Source: a virus
Lineage: Duplodnaviria > Caudoviricetes
Direction: 5' to 3' (one strand)
Virus record (IMG/VR): IMGVR_UViG_3300037423_000095
Span: 1-49,369 of that record
Length of the DNA: 49,369 nt
The notes beneath the pieces are model-generated. The model worked only from the letters and a program-made list of their open reading frames with translations, ran no database searches and was not told the DNA's origin. Below are positions 1 through 7,628 of the stretch, in pieces. Position numbers and translations under genes: made by a program. Each line of letters begins with the position of its first letter. The stretch's first letter is position 1.

Positions 1-93
1 TCGCTGATGACTTCCATCCTGTCTGCAAAGACTGTGACCCCGGAAGGCATCATGCGTGAGACGCTGATGAAGCCGCGATACGCAGTGATGTAA
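1..93 (+). CDS. C-terminal fragment of a gene running off the window; possibly DUF2828 (TROVE/Ro60-like) protein
   Basis: Frame 1 reads SLMTSILSAKTVTPEGIMRETLMKPRYAVM*; resembles DUF2828 C-termini as I recall them; abuts the tRNA array. Only 30 aa visible. Confidence 0.35.
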   Translation, partial: SLMTSILSAKTVTPEGIMRETLMKPRYAVM

Positions 94-101
94 AGAACAC
101 A

Positions 102-119
102 GAGAGCCTTCGGGCTCTC
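102..119 (+). other. cUUCGg tetraloop hairpin (terminator-like, no U tract)
   Basis: GAGAGCC-TTCG-GGCTCTC just after the stop at 93. Confidence 0.6.
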
Positions 120-129
120 CAACAAACTT

Positions 130-191
130 AGGATGCTTCCAGCAAACTTTATACATTTCAAGCCAATCTTTTGAAAAAGTAAAAGCATCCT
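130..191 (+). ncRNA. Putative structured ncRNA (Y-RNA-like candidate)
   Basis: AGGATGCTT(130-138)/AAGCATCCT(183-191) stem, CCAGCAA bulge, inner stems ACTTT/AAAGT and TTCAA/TTGAA. Confidence 0.45.
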
Positions 192-197
192 GTTATT

Positions 198-297
198 TTG
201 ACGAGTGGCAAAAGTATAGGGTCTACCTATGCGCCTAGCTGTAGGGTATAACCTGGGTAAAAATTTCATTAAGCCTAACATACAGAGCGTCAAACCA
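198..297 (+). ncRNA. tRNA-like ncRNA with acceptor-like stem and encoded CCA but no cloverleaf
   Basis: TTGACG(198-203) pairs with CGTCAA(288-293), followed by A-CCA(294-297). Confidence 0.45.
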
Positions 298-301
298 ATT
301 T

Positions 302-379
302 GCCAGGGTAGCTCAGTTGCGAAGAGCGTCGGCGTGAAATCCCGAAGGCCGTAGGTTCGATCCCTACCCGCTGGCACCA
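302..379 (+). tRNA. tRNA-Phe(GAA), atypical
   Basis: D arm GCTC/GAGC, loop GTGAAAT, T arm GTAGG-TTCGATC-CCTAC, ACCA end; bulged G in acceptor stem. Confidence 0.85.
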
Positions 380-386
380 AACCTAT

Positions 387-465
387 TCCGCAGAACCCGA
401 GCAAGGCGCATGGGCGTGACTGTTAATCACTGGTTAGGCTGGATCGTTGCCAGCGTGCGGAGCCA
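387..465 (+). tRNA. tRNA-Asn(GTT), atypical T loop
   Basis: GTGA-CTGTTAA-TCAC anticodon arm, TCCGCA/TGCGGA acceptor, GCCA end; T loop ATCGTTG. Confidence 0.8.
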
Positions 466-468
466 TTC

Positions 469-549
469 ATGAGGTCGAGCCAAGGGAGTAAGTATCACAT
501 CGGGTGCGTCAGCGCAGTCGGTTATGGCGGCAGAGTTCTCCTACCTCAT
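469..549 (+). ncRNA. Putative structured ncRNA between tRNAs
   Basis: Terminal stem ATGAGGT/ACCTCAT, inner GGAG/CTCC and TGCG-TCAG-CGCA hairpin; no anticodon or T arm. Confidence 0.4.
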
Positions 550-559
550 CTTCTATTTT

Positions 560-648
560 CTGGGTGTAAGCACGTAGTGGTAGCGTTCCCGGCTTGGAAC
601 CGGGGGGCCTAACGGTCCCTGTACGTTCGATTCGTACCTCCCAGACCA
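560..648 (+). tRNA. tRNA-Pro(TGG) with long variable arm
   Basis: CCCGG-CTTGGAA-CCGGG anticodon arm, GTAC-GTTCGATTC-GTAC T arm, ACCA end, extra hairpin GGGCC-TAAC-GGTCC. Confidence 0.85.
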
Positions 649-660
649 TTTGCCAAGAAA

Positions 661-682
661 GCTGTCTCAAATCTGAGACAGC
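661..682. repeat. Palindromic motif copy 1 (GCTGTCTCAAATCTGAGACAGC)
   Basis: Core TCTCAAATCTGAGA recurs at 30561-30578 and 40926-40939. Confidence 0.8.
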
Positions 683-731
683 AGCGCGGTGCAGTCCGAG
701 GTTAAAGGCACCTTATAATTCCTCGGCGTAC

Positions 732-817
732 GAGTGGTTAGCCTAATTGGTAAGGCAGCAGTCTCCAAAACTGTGAGCGAAAGTTCAATCGCGGTTCGAG
801 TCCGTGACCATTCGCCA
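732..817 (+). tRNA. tRNA-Trp(CCA) with long variable arm
   Basis: GCAGT-CTCCAAA-ACTGT anticodon arm, GAGC-GAAA-GTTC variable hairpin, GGTTCGAGTCC T arm, GCCA end. Confidence 0.88.
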
Positions 818-860
818 GATACGTTACTATACAACGCACAAGCCTGTATAGTAGCTCTGT

Positions 861-935
861 TGGGGTCAAATCGATTGGAGCAGATATTGCGCTTTGACCG
901 CAAGTGAGTAGGTTCGATTCCTACGGCCCCTGCCA
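861..935 (+). tRNA. tRNA-Gln(TTG)
   Basis: TTGCG-CTTTGAC-CGCAA anticodon arm, GTAGG-TTCGATT-CCTAC T arm, GCCA end. Confidence 0.88.
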
Positions 936-942
936 AAACATT

Positions 943-1014
943 CTCACCGCCGATGGATTCGGCGCTGTGGCTACGAACCACGGCTAGGGCGTTCGAATCG
1001 CTCCGGTGGGTCCA
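943..1014 (+). tRNA. tRNA-Arg(ACG), short D region
   Basis: CTCACCG/CGGTGGG acceptor, GTGG-CTACGAA-CCAC anticodon arm, GTTCGAATC, TCCA end. Confidence 0.82.
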
Positions 1015-1015
1015 T

Positions 1016-1091
1016 GTCTCCGTGGCGGAATGGCAAACGCTACTGCCTGCAAAGCTGATATACGTGAGTTCGATTCTCACCGGAGATTCCA
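1016..1091 (+). tRNA. tRNA-Cys(GCA)
   Basis: GTCTCCG/CGGAGAT acceptor, U73 discriminator, loop CTGCAAA, GTGAG-TTCGATT-CTCAC T arm; weak anticodon stem. Confidence 0.82.
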
Positions 1092-1150
1092 TGTCGTTGT
1101 AAACGACACATCCCTAAATCATGTCGCAATTTGAGTGAATTTCGTACACG

Positions 1151-1229
1151 TTTTCTTTAGCCTACATCCGGCTTCTCGGTGTTTCTCCTCTTCTCCTTGG
1201 CTGAGAGGTTGGGTGTAGGCTAAAGAGAA
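1151..1229 (+). ncRNA. Long (~30 bp) hairpin with pyrimidine-rich, anti-SD-like loop
   Basis: 1151-1180 pairs with 1200-1229 using G-U wobbles on the + strand; loop GTTTCTCCTCTTCTCCTTG. Confidence 0.55.
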
Positions 1230-1239
1230 TCAATTTGTC

Positions 1240-1269
1240 GCCCGACCCTCGAAAGAGGGGCGGGCTTTT
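1240..1269 (+). terminator. Intrinsic terminator closing the tRNA array, just upstream of terL
   Basis: GCCCG-A-CCCTC-GAAA-GAGGG-G-CGGGC-TTTT. Confidence 0.75.
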
Positions 1270-1286
1270 GCCGTTTGGAGAAAATA

Positions 1287-2759
1287 TTGAGCGACGAAGA
1301 TCGTCTCCACATCGGCCCCTGCTCGGAAAAGCAACGTCTAATCCTTCTGGATGATTCTACGGACATTCTTCTTTGCGGCGGTGGGGCTGGTGGAGGAAAG
1401 TCACACACATGCCTAACTAAGGCTATCGCATACATCAACGACCCAGCAGCCCGCGTGCTCATCGTTCGTAAGAGTTTCCCGCAGCTAAAGCTGCCTGGAG
1501 GCTTGATCGATGAATCAAAGGCTATCTACAAGCACTTCAAGGGCCGTTACCACGTGCAGCCTTGCACGTGGGTATTCCCTAATGGGGCTCGAATTCAATT
1601 CGCCCCCATTCCTGACAACATCCTAGAGTGGCAGGGTCTGCAAGCAACTCACTTCCTCGTTGACGAAGCCGCTGAGTTCACGCAAGAAGAAATCCTCTTC
1701 CTTATTTCTCGTCTCCGCTCAGCGAAGTACAAGGGGCATATGAGCATCACGCTCACATGCAACCCCTCACGAGACAGCTTCCTGTACGAGTGGGTGAAGT
1801 TCTCACTTGACGAATCAACAGGCGTGCCTTTGGGAGGCACTGAGCATCGTATCCGCTGGCTAGTGAACCTGAATGGTCAGGTCTATTGGGCAGATGACCC
1901 TGAGGAGTTGTGGGAGAAGTATGGCGTACCTGGAGGCTACTGCCGTGTAGCTGATGAGCCGGGTGCGAAGGTCAATTTCATCCCTCGCTCATTCCGCTTT
2001 ATCCCTCTTACAGTATACGACAACACGGTGTTGTTGAAGAACAACCCTGGGTATCTAGCCAACCTGCTGTCGCAGCCTCGCGTCAATCAGCTACGCTATC
2101 TCCATGGATCGTGGACAGCCCGCGCTACAGGCTCAGGCTTCTTCCGTCGTGAGTGGGTGAAGTTCATTGATGCTCACGAGCTACCTCCTAATCGAATGTC
2201 TGTTGTGCGTGCGTGGGACTTTGCAGCTAGCCAGCCTAGCGAAAGTAACCCTGACCCTGACTGGACAGCCGGTGTGAAGATGAGCCGAGACAAGCACGGC
2301 TACTACTACGTAGAAGACGTTGTACGCTTCCGTCAACTGACGGACTACGTTGTACGCGAGGTGATTAAGACCGCTATCAGAGACGGCTTGGATGACTGCA
2401 AAGTCATGATCCCTAAAGACCCCGGCGCAGCCGGGAAGACGGCTAATGCCTTCTTCCTACGCACGCTTGCTGAGGAAGGCATTTACGCTCGCTCTGTGCA
2501 AGTCTCAGGCTGGACAGGAAAGATCAAACGCTTCCTCCCATTCTGTACTCTAGCAGAGTCTGGTGTTGTGCGGGTAGTCCGAGGCGAATGGAATGAAGCA
2601 TGGCTCACAGAACTTGAATACTTCGAAGGTGATCGCAACCAGAAGGATGACCAAGTTGACGCCACGGCAGACGCTTTCAATACACTCTCGAAGGAAGTCA
2701 TGCTGCCGACATTCTCAGTGCCTTCATTGGAACAAGCTTCTCCGTTGCCAAGAGTGTGA
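1287..2759 (+). CDS. terL: Terminase large subunit
   Basis: Walker A GGGAGGGKS, Walker B FLVDEA, TCNP coupling motif, nuclease motifs WDFA and DDQVDA; likely TTG start at 1287 after GGAG (ORF track 1275). Confidence 0.95.
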   Translation: MSDEDRLHIGPCSEKQRLILLDDSTDILLCGGGAGGGKSHTCLTKAIAYINDPAARVLIVRKSFPQLKLPGGLIDESKAIYKHFKGRYHVQPCTWVFPNGARIQFAPIPDNILEWQGLQATHFLVDEAAEFTQEEILFLISRLRSAKYKGHMSITLTCNPSRDSFLYEWVKFSLDESTGVPLGGTEHRIRWLVNLNGQVYWADDPEELWEKYGVPGGYCRVADEPGAKVNFIPRSFRFIPLTVYDNTVLLKNNPGYLANLLSQPRVNQLRYLHGSWTARATGSGFFRREWVKFIDAHELPPNRMSVVRAWDFAASQPSESNPDPDWTAGVKMSRDKHGYYYVEDVVRFRQLTDYVVREVIKTAIRDGLDDCKVMIPKDPGAAGKTANAFFLRTLAEEGIYARSVQVSGWTGKIKRFLPFCTLAESGVVRVVRGEWNEAWLTELEYFEGDRNQKDDQVDATADAFNTLSKEVMLPTFSVPSLEQASPLPRV

Positions 2760-2760
2760 T

Positions 2761-2788
2761 TTGACAATTAGAATTTTTCGTGTATAAT
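2761..2788 (+). promoter_or_regulatory. Sigma70 consensus promoter upstream of portal
   Basis: TTGACA-16 nt-TATAAT. Confidence 0.8.
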
Positions 2789-2815
2789 TCGCATATTACT
2801 AAGGAGTAGCGCATA

Positions 2816-4327
2816 ATGCCTGAAGCGAAAGACGCCCAAGGCGTCAGCGCTGCGGCTCTAGCTCCAGATGACCAACAAGTTATTCCTCGCATCAAGCTGG
2901 GTGAACAAGGTGTTCTCGGACTAAAGACCAGCGGAAACCGAATCCTAGAAGAAACAACGCGCGCTTTCCGCTACCCCGACTTCATTAAAACTGTCGCAGA
3001 AATGCGCAACAACCCAACGGTTGGCGCAGCGATGAATGTTTGGCGAATGATGATTTCGCGTGTGGAGTGGGATGTAGAAGCGCCTAAGGGTGCTGATGAT
3101 AAGCTAAAAGAGCGTGCCTCTCTCGTCCGTACATTGATGGACGACATGGACAGCCAAAGCTGGTCAGCATTCATTGAACAAGTCATTCCGTACCTGGAAT
3201 ACGGTTTCGACATTCACGAAATTGTGCTCCGTCGTCGCCTAAAGCGCAACGGCTCTAAGCACAACGACGGACTTGTTGGACTCAAGAAGCTAGCCCCTCG
3301 CGCTCAAGACACAATTTGTGGCTGGGTGTTTGATGAAAACGGCGAGCTAACGGAAGTGCAGCAATCGCTGCAAGCCATTGAGAACAACTACCGATACATC
3401 AATCGGGCAGACCCTCAGACTGGGAAGATTCATATTCCACGCCAGAAGTTCTTGCTGTTCTCAGCAAGCGCAACTAAGGGCAACCCAGAGGGTAATTCCA
3501 TCTTCAAGAACATCTATCTTGCCTACAAGCAATTGAGTTTGCTGCAAGATCAAGAACTCCTAGGAATTGCCAAGGATGTTCAAGGTATTCTGAAGATCGA
3601 GATTCCACCTCGTTATCTCTCTCCTGACGCATCAGCAGAAGATAAGGCTACGGTAGCTGCTTTCCAGCAGATCATCGACAACTATAACGCTGGCACGCAA
3701 CGTGGTTTGCTCGTGCCACAAATGTACGATCCTGAGACTAAGCTTCCTCTATTCACCTATGTACTCATGGAGTCGAAGGGTGGAGCTAAGTACGATACCG
3801 AATCAGTTATTCGTCGCCTCCAAGGTGACATTCTTTCTGCCCTATCCGTAGACATCCTCAAGCTTGGTGCTGAAGGGTCTGGCTCGTTCTCGCTTGCCGA
3901 GAGTAAGTCGTCTGTTCTTGCCCTGGCTATTGATTACCGTCTACGTGAAATCGCTGAAGTGCTGAACCAGCATCTAATGCGCCTCATCTTTGAAATGAAC
4001 GGCTGGGATACAGCAACGCTACCCAAGTTTGTTTACAAGGATGTTGAAGAAATCAGCTTGGAAGAGTTCTCTAAGGCTGTTCAACGCTTTGCCTCTACTG
4101 GGGTGCTTGAACTTGATAGACCTGTAGCGAATCGCATCCGTGAGGTGATGGGCGTACCGCCGAAGGGCGAAGACGAGGAAATCGATACTGAAGCCCTTCC
4201 TACAGTGATTACTGGCAAGGCTAGCGCAGCTAGCAAGGGAATGGCTCCTGGTACATCGGGTGATGGGACATCAACGACGGCTTCAGGTAAGGATCGGTCC
4301 TCAAGCAATGCGGATCACTCTGCCTAG
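2816..4327 (+). CDS. Portal protein (DUF935-like)
   Basis: Follows terL, 503 aa, GNPEGNSI and GSFSLAE motifs, AAGGAG RBS. Confidence 0.88.
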   Translation: MPEAKDAQGVSAAALAPDDQQVIPRIKLGEQGVLGLKTSGNRILEETTRAFRYPDFIKTVAEMRNNPTVGAAMNVWRMMISRVEWDVEAPKGADDKLKERASLVRTLMDDMDSQSWSAFIEQVIPYLEYGFDIHEIVLRRRLKRNGSKHNDGLVGLKKLAPRAQDTICGWVFDENGELTEVQQSLQAIENNYRYINRADPQTGKIHIPRQKFLLFSASATKGNPEGNSIFKNIYLAYKQLSLLQDQELLGIAKDVQGILKIEIPPRYLSPDASAEDKATVAAFQQIIDNYNAGTQRGLLVPQMYDPETKLPLFTYVLMESKGGAKYDTESVIRRLQGDILSALSVDILKLGAEGSGSFSLAESKSSVLALAIDYRLREIAEVLNQHLMRLIFEMNGWDTATLPKFVYKDVEEISLEEFSKAVQRFASTGVLELDRPVANRIREVMGVPPKGEDEEIDTEALPTVITGKASAASKGMAPGTSGDGTSTTASGKDRSSSNADHSA

Positions 4328-4334
4328 GAGCAAA

Positions 4335-5177
4335 ATGAATCATAGCCTGTTTCGACTAACACAGTCGATCTATAACAAGCCGCACCTGATTACTCCTGAA
4401 GCGTTCAATCTGATTCTTGACTACCTAGATTCTCGCAATGCGGGCAAGCTAGATTGGTCTGAGAGTCCTCCGATGGACGCTTCTCCTGTTGCCGAATCAC
4501 CTTATGTGGACGGTCTAGCAGTTCTTCAGGTTAACGGGAGTCTTACCTACAAACCTGTCATGACCCTCTGTGGAGAGGCTGGTACTAGCTACCAATCTCT
4601 TGTGGAGAAGGTTGAAGACATGGCCCAACATGGTGTTCGCACTATTGTAATGGAAGTGGCGTCGGGTGGTGGTGAAGCCTCCCACGTATTCCAAACGTGT
4701 GAAGACATTCGAGCAATCTGCGACGAAAACAACATCAAGCTGATCGGCTACGCCGACACGATGGCAGCTAGCGCTGCTTATGCGCTGATTTCGATTTGCG
4801 ATGAAGTGATTGCCAACCCTTCCGCTTCTCTCGGCTCTATTGGTTGCGTCGTAGCACTGATGGACATGAGCAAGGCGTATGAACAAGCCGGCCTGAAGCG
4901 CATCTTTATCACCTCTGGTGAGCACAAGGTGCCTTTTGCAGAGGATGGTTCTTTCAAGGAATCGTTCCTGGCCGACATTCAAGAATCTGTGGACAAGCTG
5001 AATGCTGAATTCGCTGCTCACGTTTCTAAGTACACGGGCCTGTCCGTCAAGGAAATCAATGGTTTCCAAGCCAAAGTGTTTGATGCTGATGAAGCCGTCA
5101 AGCTGGGATTGGCGAACAAGGTAATGACCAACAAGCAATTCGTCGCCTACGTGGCGCAAATTCACAAGGGATTTTAA
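4335..5177 (+). CDS. Prohead maturation protease, peptidase S49
   Basis: SGGGE, AASAAYAL and GSIGCV motifs; ATG 4335 follows AGGAG (ORF track 4260). Confidence 0.9.
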   Translation: MNHSLFRLTQSIYNKPHLITPEAFNLILDYLDSRNAGKLDWSESPPMDASPVAESPYVDGLAVLQVNGSLTYKPVMTLCGEAGTSYQSLVEKVEDMAQHGVRTIVMEVASGGGEASHVFQTCEDIRAICDENNIKLIGYADTMAASAAYALISICDEVIANPSASLGSIGCVVALMDMSKAYEQAGLKRIFITSGEHKVPFAEDGSFKESFLADIQESVDKLNAEFAAHVSKYTGLSVKEINGFQAKVFDADEAVKLGLANKVMTNKQFVAYVAQIHKGF

Positions 5178-5695
5178 TGCTAGATGCTTTCAAGAAGAAG
5201 CTAGTAGGAGACGTAGCGAACGAAGCTCTCGCCTCTCTGCAAGCAGAATTCGATAGCTACAAGGCAGACGCTAACGGTCTGCTTGAAGTTGCTGAAGAAC
5301 GAATTCAAGAACTGACCAACGGAGTGAATGAAGCTAATGCAACTGTTAGCTCGCTTCAAAACCGTGTTCAAGAACTAGAAGCCGCCCTGGCTGAAGCAAC
5401 TGCTGCACAAGCCGCTGCTGCTGCCTCGGAAGCTGAGCTACGTGCTAGCGCACGTAAGGAAAAGCTAGAAGCTGCTGTAGGTACTGAAAAGGCCTCTTCG
5501 CTGATGGCTGTTATGGCTGACATGGATGATGTCAAGTTTGGTGCTGTGCTTTCTGCTCTTGCAGGAAACGTAGCCTCTGAAGCTGCTTCTGAAATGTTCA
5601 ATGAAGTGGGCGCAACTACTGAAGTTGATGCCAACAGCGTGGTTTCTGAAACCACTGAAATGAAAATGCTTAAGGCCAAGTACGGCCAAAAGTAA
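5177..5695 (+). CDS. Probable scaffolding protein
   Basis: Ala/Glu-rich coiled coil between protease and capsid genes. Confidence 0.7.
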   Translation: MLDAFKKKLVGDVANEALASLQAEFDSYKADANGLLEVAEERIQELTNGVNEANATVSSLQNRVQELEAALAEATAAQAAAAASEAELRASARKEKLEAAVGTEKASSLMAVMADMDDVKFGAVLSALAGNVASEAASEMFNEVGATTEVDANSVVSETTEMKMLKAKYGQK

Positions 5696-5718
5696 ACACA
5701 ATAGCTAAAGGAAAATAA

Positions 5719-6129
5719 ATGGCTGTTATTGCAACTGATAGCACTCGTTTCAGTGCCGTCGTTAAGTACGAATTCGAGCCGCAACTGAGCTACTGCCGTG
5801 AAAGCATTGTCCTGAATGACACTGCTCAAACCATCAAGGTTGGCACGGTGCTTGGTAAGGTTACTGCAAACGGTAAGTACAAGGTATGCCTGAGCGCTGC
5901 TGGTGATGGTTCGCAGACCCCTGCTGCCATCTACATCATGGACGGCTCTGGCCTGTCTGGCGATCTAGTGCTAGCTAACGCTACCGACACCAAGGCTATC
6001 GCCCTGGTTCGCGGTCCTGCGATTCTGGCTGATGCTGGCCTGACTCTGGGTACAGGTACCACTTCTGGCGCTGTGAAGACGGCTTTCGCCGCTCTTACAC
6101 CTCCGGTCCTGGTTGAAACCGCAGTCTAA
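5719..6129 (+). CDS. Head decoration protein (lambda gpD-like)
   Basis: GTVLGKVTANGKY...DGSQTPAAI motif, directly before MCP. Confidence 0.85.
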   Translation: MAVIATDSTRFSAVVKYEFEPQLSYCRESIVLNDTAQTIKVGTVLGKVTANGKYKVCLSAAGDGSQTPAAIYIMDGSGLSGDLVLANATDTKAIALVRGPAILADAGLTLGTGTTSGAVKTAFAALTPPVLVETAV

Positions 6130-6150
6130 TTCTAACAAGGAATCACCAGA

Positions 6151-7164
6151 ATGATTATCCGTAGTGTTTCGAACGTCTTTGAGGTTCAAGACTGGACTCA
6201 AGAAATCAACGTCATCCCGAATCAATGGGGTACGATTGGTCAACTTGGCATCTTCAATGATGAACCAGTTGCTGAACACGTAGTTGTGTTCGAAGAAATC
6301 ACCAAGGACGGTGGCCTGATCCTTGACCGTGTGCGCGGTGATCGCGCCCAACAAGGTAAGGACGCCTCGCGTAAGCTGCACACCTTCGCTGTGCCTCACT
6401 TCCCGTATGACGACTACATCAGCCCGCAAGACCTGCAAGGTAAGCGCGCTTATGGTTCGCAGGGTGTTGAGACTCTTGAAGCCGTGCGTACCCGCAAGAT
6501 GGAGCGTATCCGTCAAAACCACGCTTGGACCCTAGAGTACGCTCGTGCCCAAGCTATCACTGCTGCTACGGTGTACGCACCTAACGGCACTGTGTCTCAG
6601 AACTGGAATACTGAATTCGGCGTGACCCGTCTGTCGGTTGACTTCCTGCTGGGAACTTCGACAACTGAAGTGCAAGAAAAGATTGAAGCTGGTATTGCCC
6701 AGATTCAAGACAATGCCTTCGGTGAGTCCTTCACTGGCACTGTGGTGCTTTGCTCGCCGGGCTTCTTCGCTAAGCTCATCAAGCATGCTGCTGTGAAGAC
6801 TGCCTATCAGTACTACTCAAGCACGCAAGAGCCTCTGCGTAACCGTCTGGGTGGTGCTACTACCAACCGTCGTGTGTTCGAATACGGTGGAACAACGTTC
6901 CTCGAACTTCGTGACACGTACGCGGGTAACGCGCTGATCCCTACCGGCAAGGCCTACATGGTTCCGCTGGGCACTCAAAACGCATTCAAGACTTACTTCT
7001 CCCCTGCCAACCGTTTCGGTCTGGTGAACACTCTGGGTGAACAAGTCTATATGTTTGAGACTGCCGACCCGAAGGGAACGAAGATCGAGATTGAAACGGA
7101 GTCTAACTTCGTGAACGCTCTTCTGCGTCCTGCCATGGTTGTTGAGTTCACAAGCTCTAACTAA
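6151..7164 (+). CDS. Major capsid protein (Phage_cap_E-like)
   Basis: 337 aa, FAVPHF, TLEYARAQA, IEIETESN..LRP C-terminus. Confidence 0.92.
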   Translation: MIIRSVSNVFEVQDWTQEINVIPNQWGTIGQLGIFNDEPVAEHVVVFEEITKDGGLILDRVRGDRAQQGKDASRKLHTFAVPHFPYDDYISPQDLQGKRAYGSQGVETLEAVRTRKMERIRQNHAWTLEYARAQAITAATVYAPNGTVSQNWNTEFGVTRLSVDFLLGTSTTEVQEKIEAGIAQIQDNAFGESFTGTVVLCSPGFFAKLIKHAAVKTAYQYYSSTQEPLRNRLGGATTNRRVFEYGGTTFLELRDTYAGNALIPTGKAYMVPLGTQNAFKTYFSPANRFGLVNTLGEQVYMFETADPKGTKIEIETESNFVNALLRPAMVVEFTSSN

Positions 7165-7191
7165 TCAATAACCCTTCGTTGGGTTATTTCG

Positions 7192-7227
7192 ATGCCCCCT
7201 CCCTCCTATTGGGGAGGGGGCATTTCT
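7192..7227 (+). terminator. Hairpin/terminator after MCP
   Basis: 12-bp stem ATGCCCCCTCCC/GGGAGGGGGCAT; second hairpin AATAACCC/GGGTTATT just upstream. Confidence 0.65.
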
Positions 7228-7241
7228 CATTTGGAGATTAA

Positions 7242-7628
7242 ATGCCTTTACTCGATCCTACCACTTCTCTAGGCAAGGTGCGTCTCCGAATTGGAGACTG
7301 GGCTGATCTTAGTCTGCTGCCCGACTCAGTTATTCAAGCCGCCCTAGATGATGCTAGCGGGAATGTTCCGAATGCTGCCCGCACTTGCGCTGGCTACATC
7401 CTCGGGATGTTGACATCGCGCACACATAAGAAGATGGCTCAGCTAGAAACGTGGTCTGGAGAGCAATTCGACAACTACGTCAAGTTCATCAAGATGACGA
7501 TTATGAATCCTCACATGATGGACATTTCACCCATTCCTTATGTGAACGTTGACACAGAGCACCCTCTGATTGAGTTCACTCGGTTGTGGAATGAGCAATT
7601 CGCAGATGACCAGGAGTTGACCTTGTAA
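7242..7628 (+). CDS. Head-tail adaptor
   Basis: KVRLRIGD N-terminal motif; position after MCP. Confidence 0.7.
   Translation: MPLLDPTTSLGKVRLRIGDWADLSLLPDSVIQAALDDASGNVPNAARTCAGYILGMLTSRTHKKMAQLETWSGEQFDNYVKFIKMTIMNPHMMDISPIPYVNVDTEHPLIEFTRLWNEQFADDQELTL

Noticed and set aside
198-223. TTGACG..TATAGG as a promoter
   Set aside because: Spacer is far too short; better explained as an RNA stem.
493-506. TCA in a hairpin as a Sec or opal suppressor anticodon
   Set aside because: 4-nt loop with no D or T arm and no CCA.
667-1092. 141-aa minus-strand ORF
   Set aside because: Antisense to four tRNA genes; no RBS or motifs.
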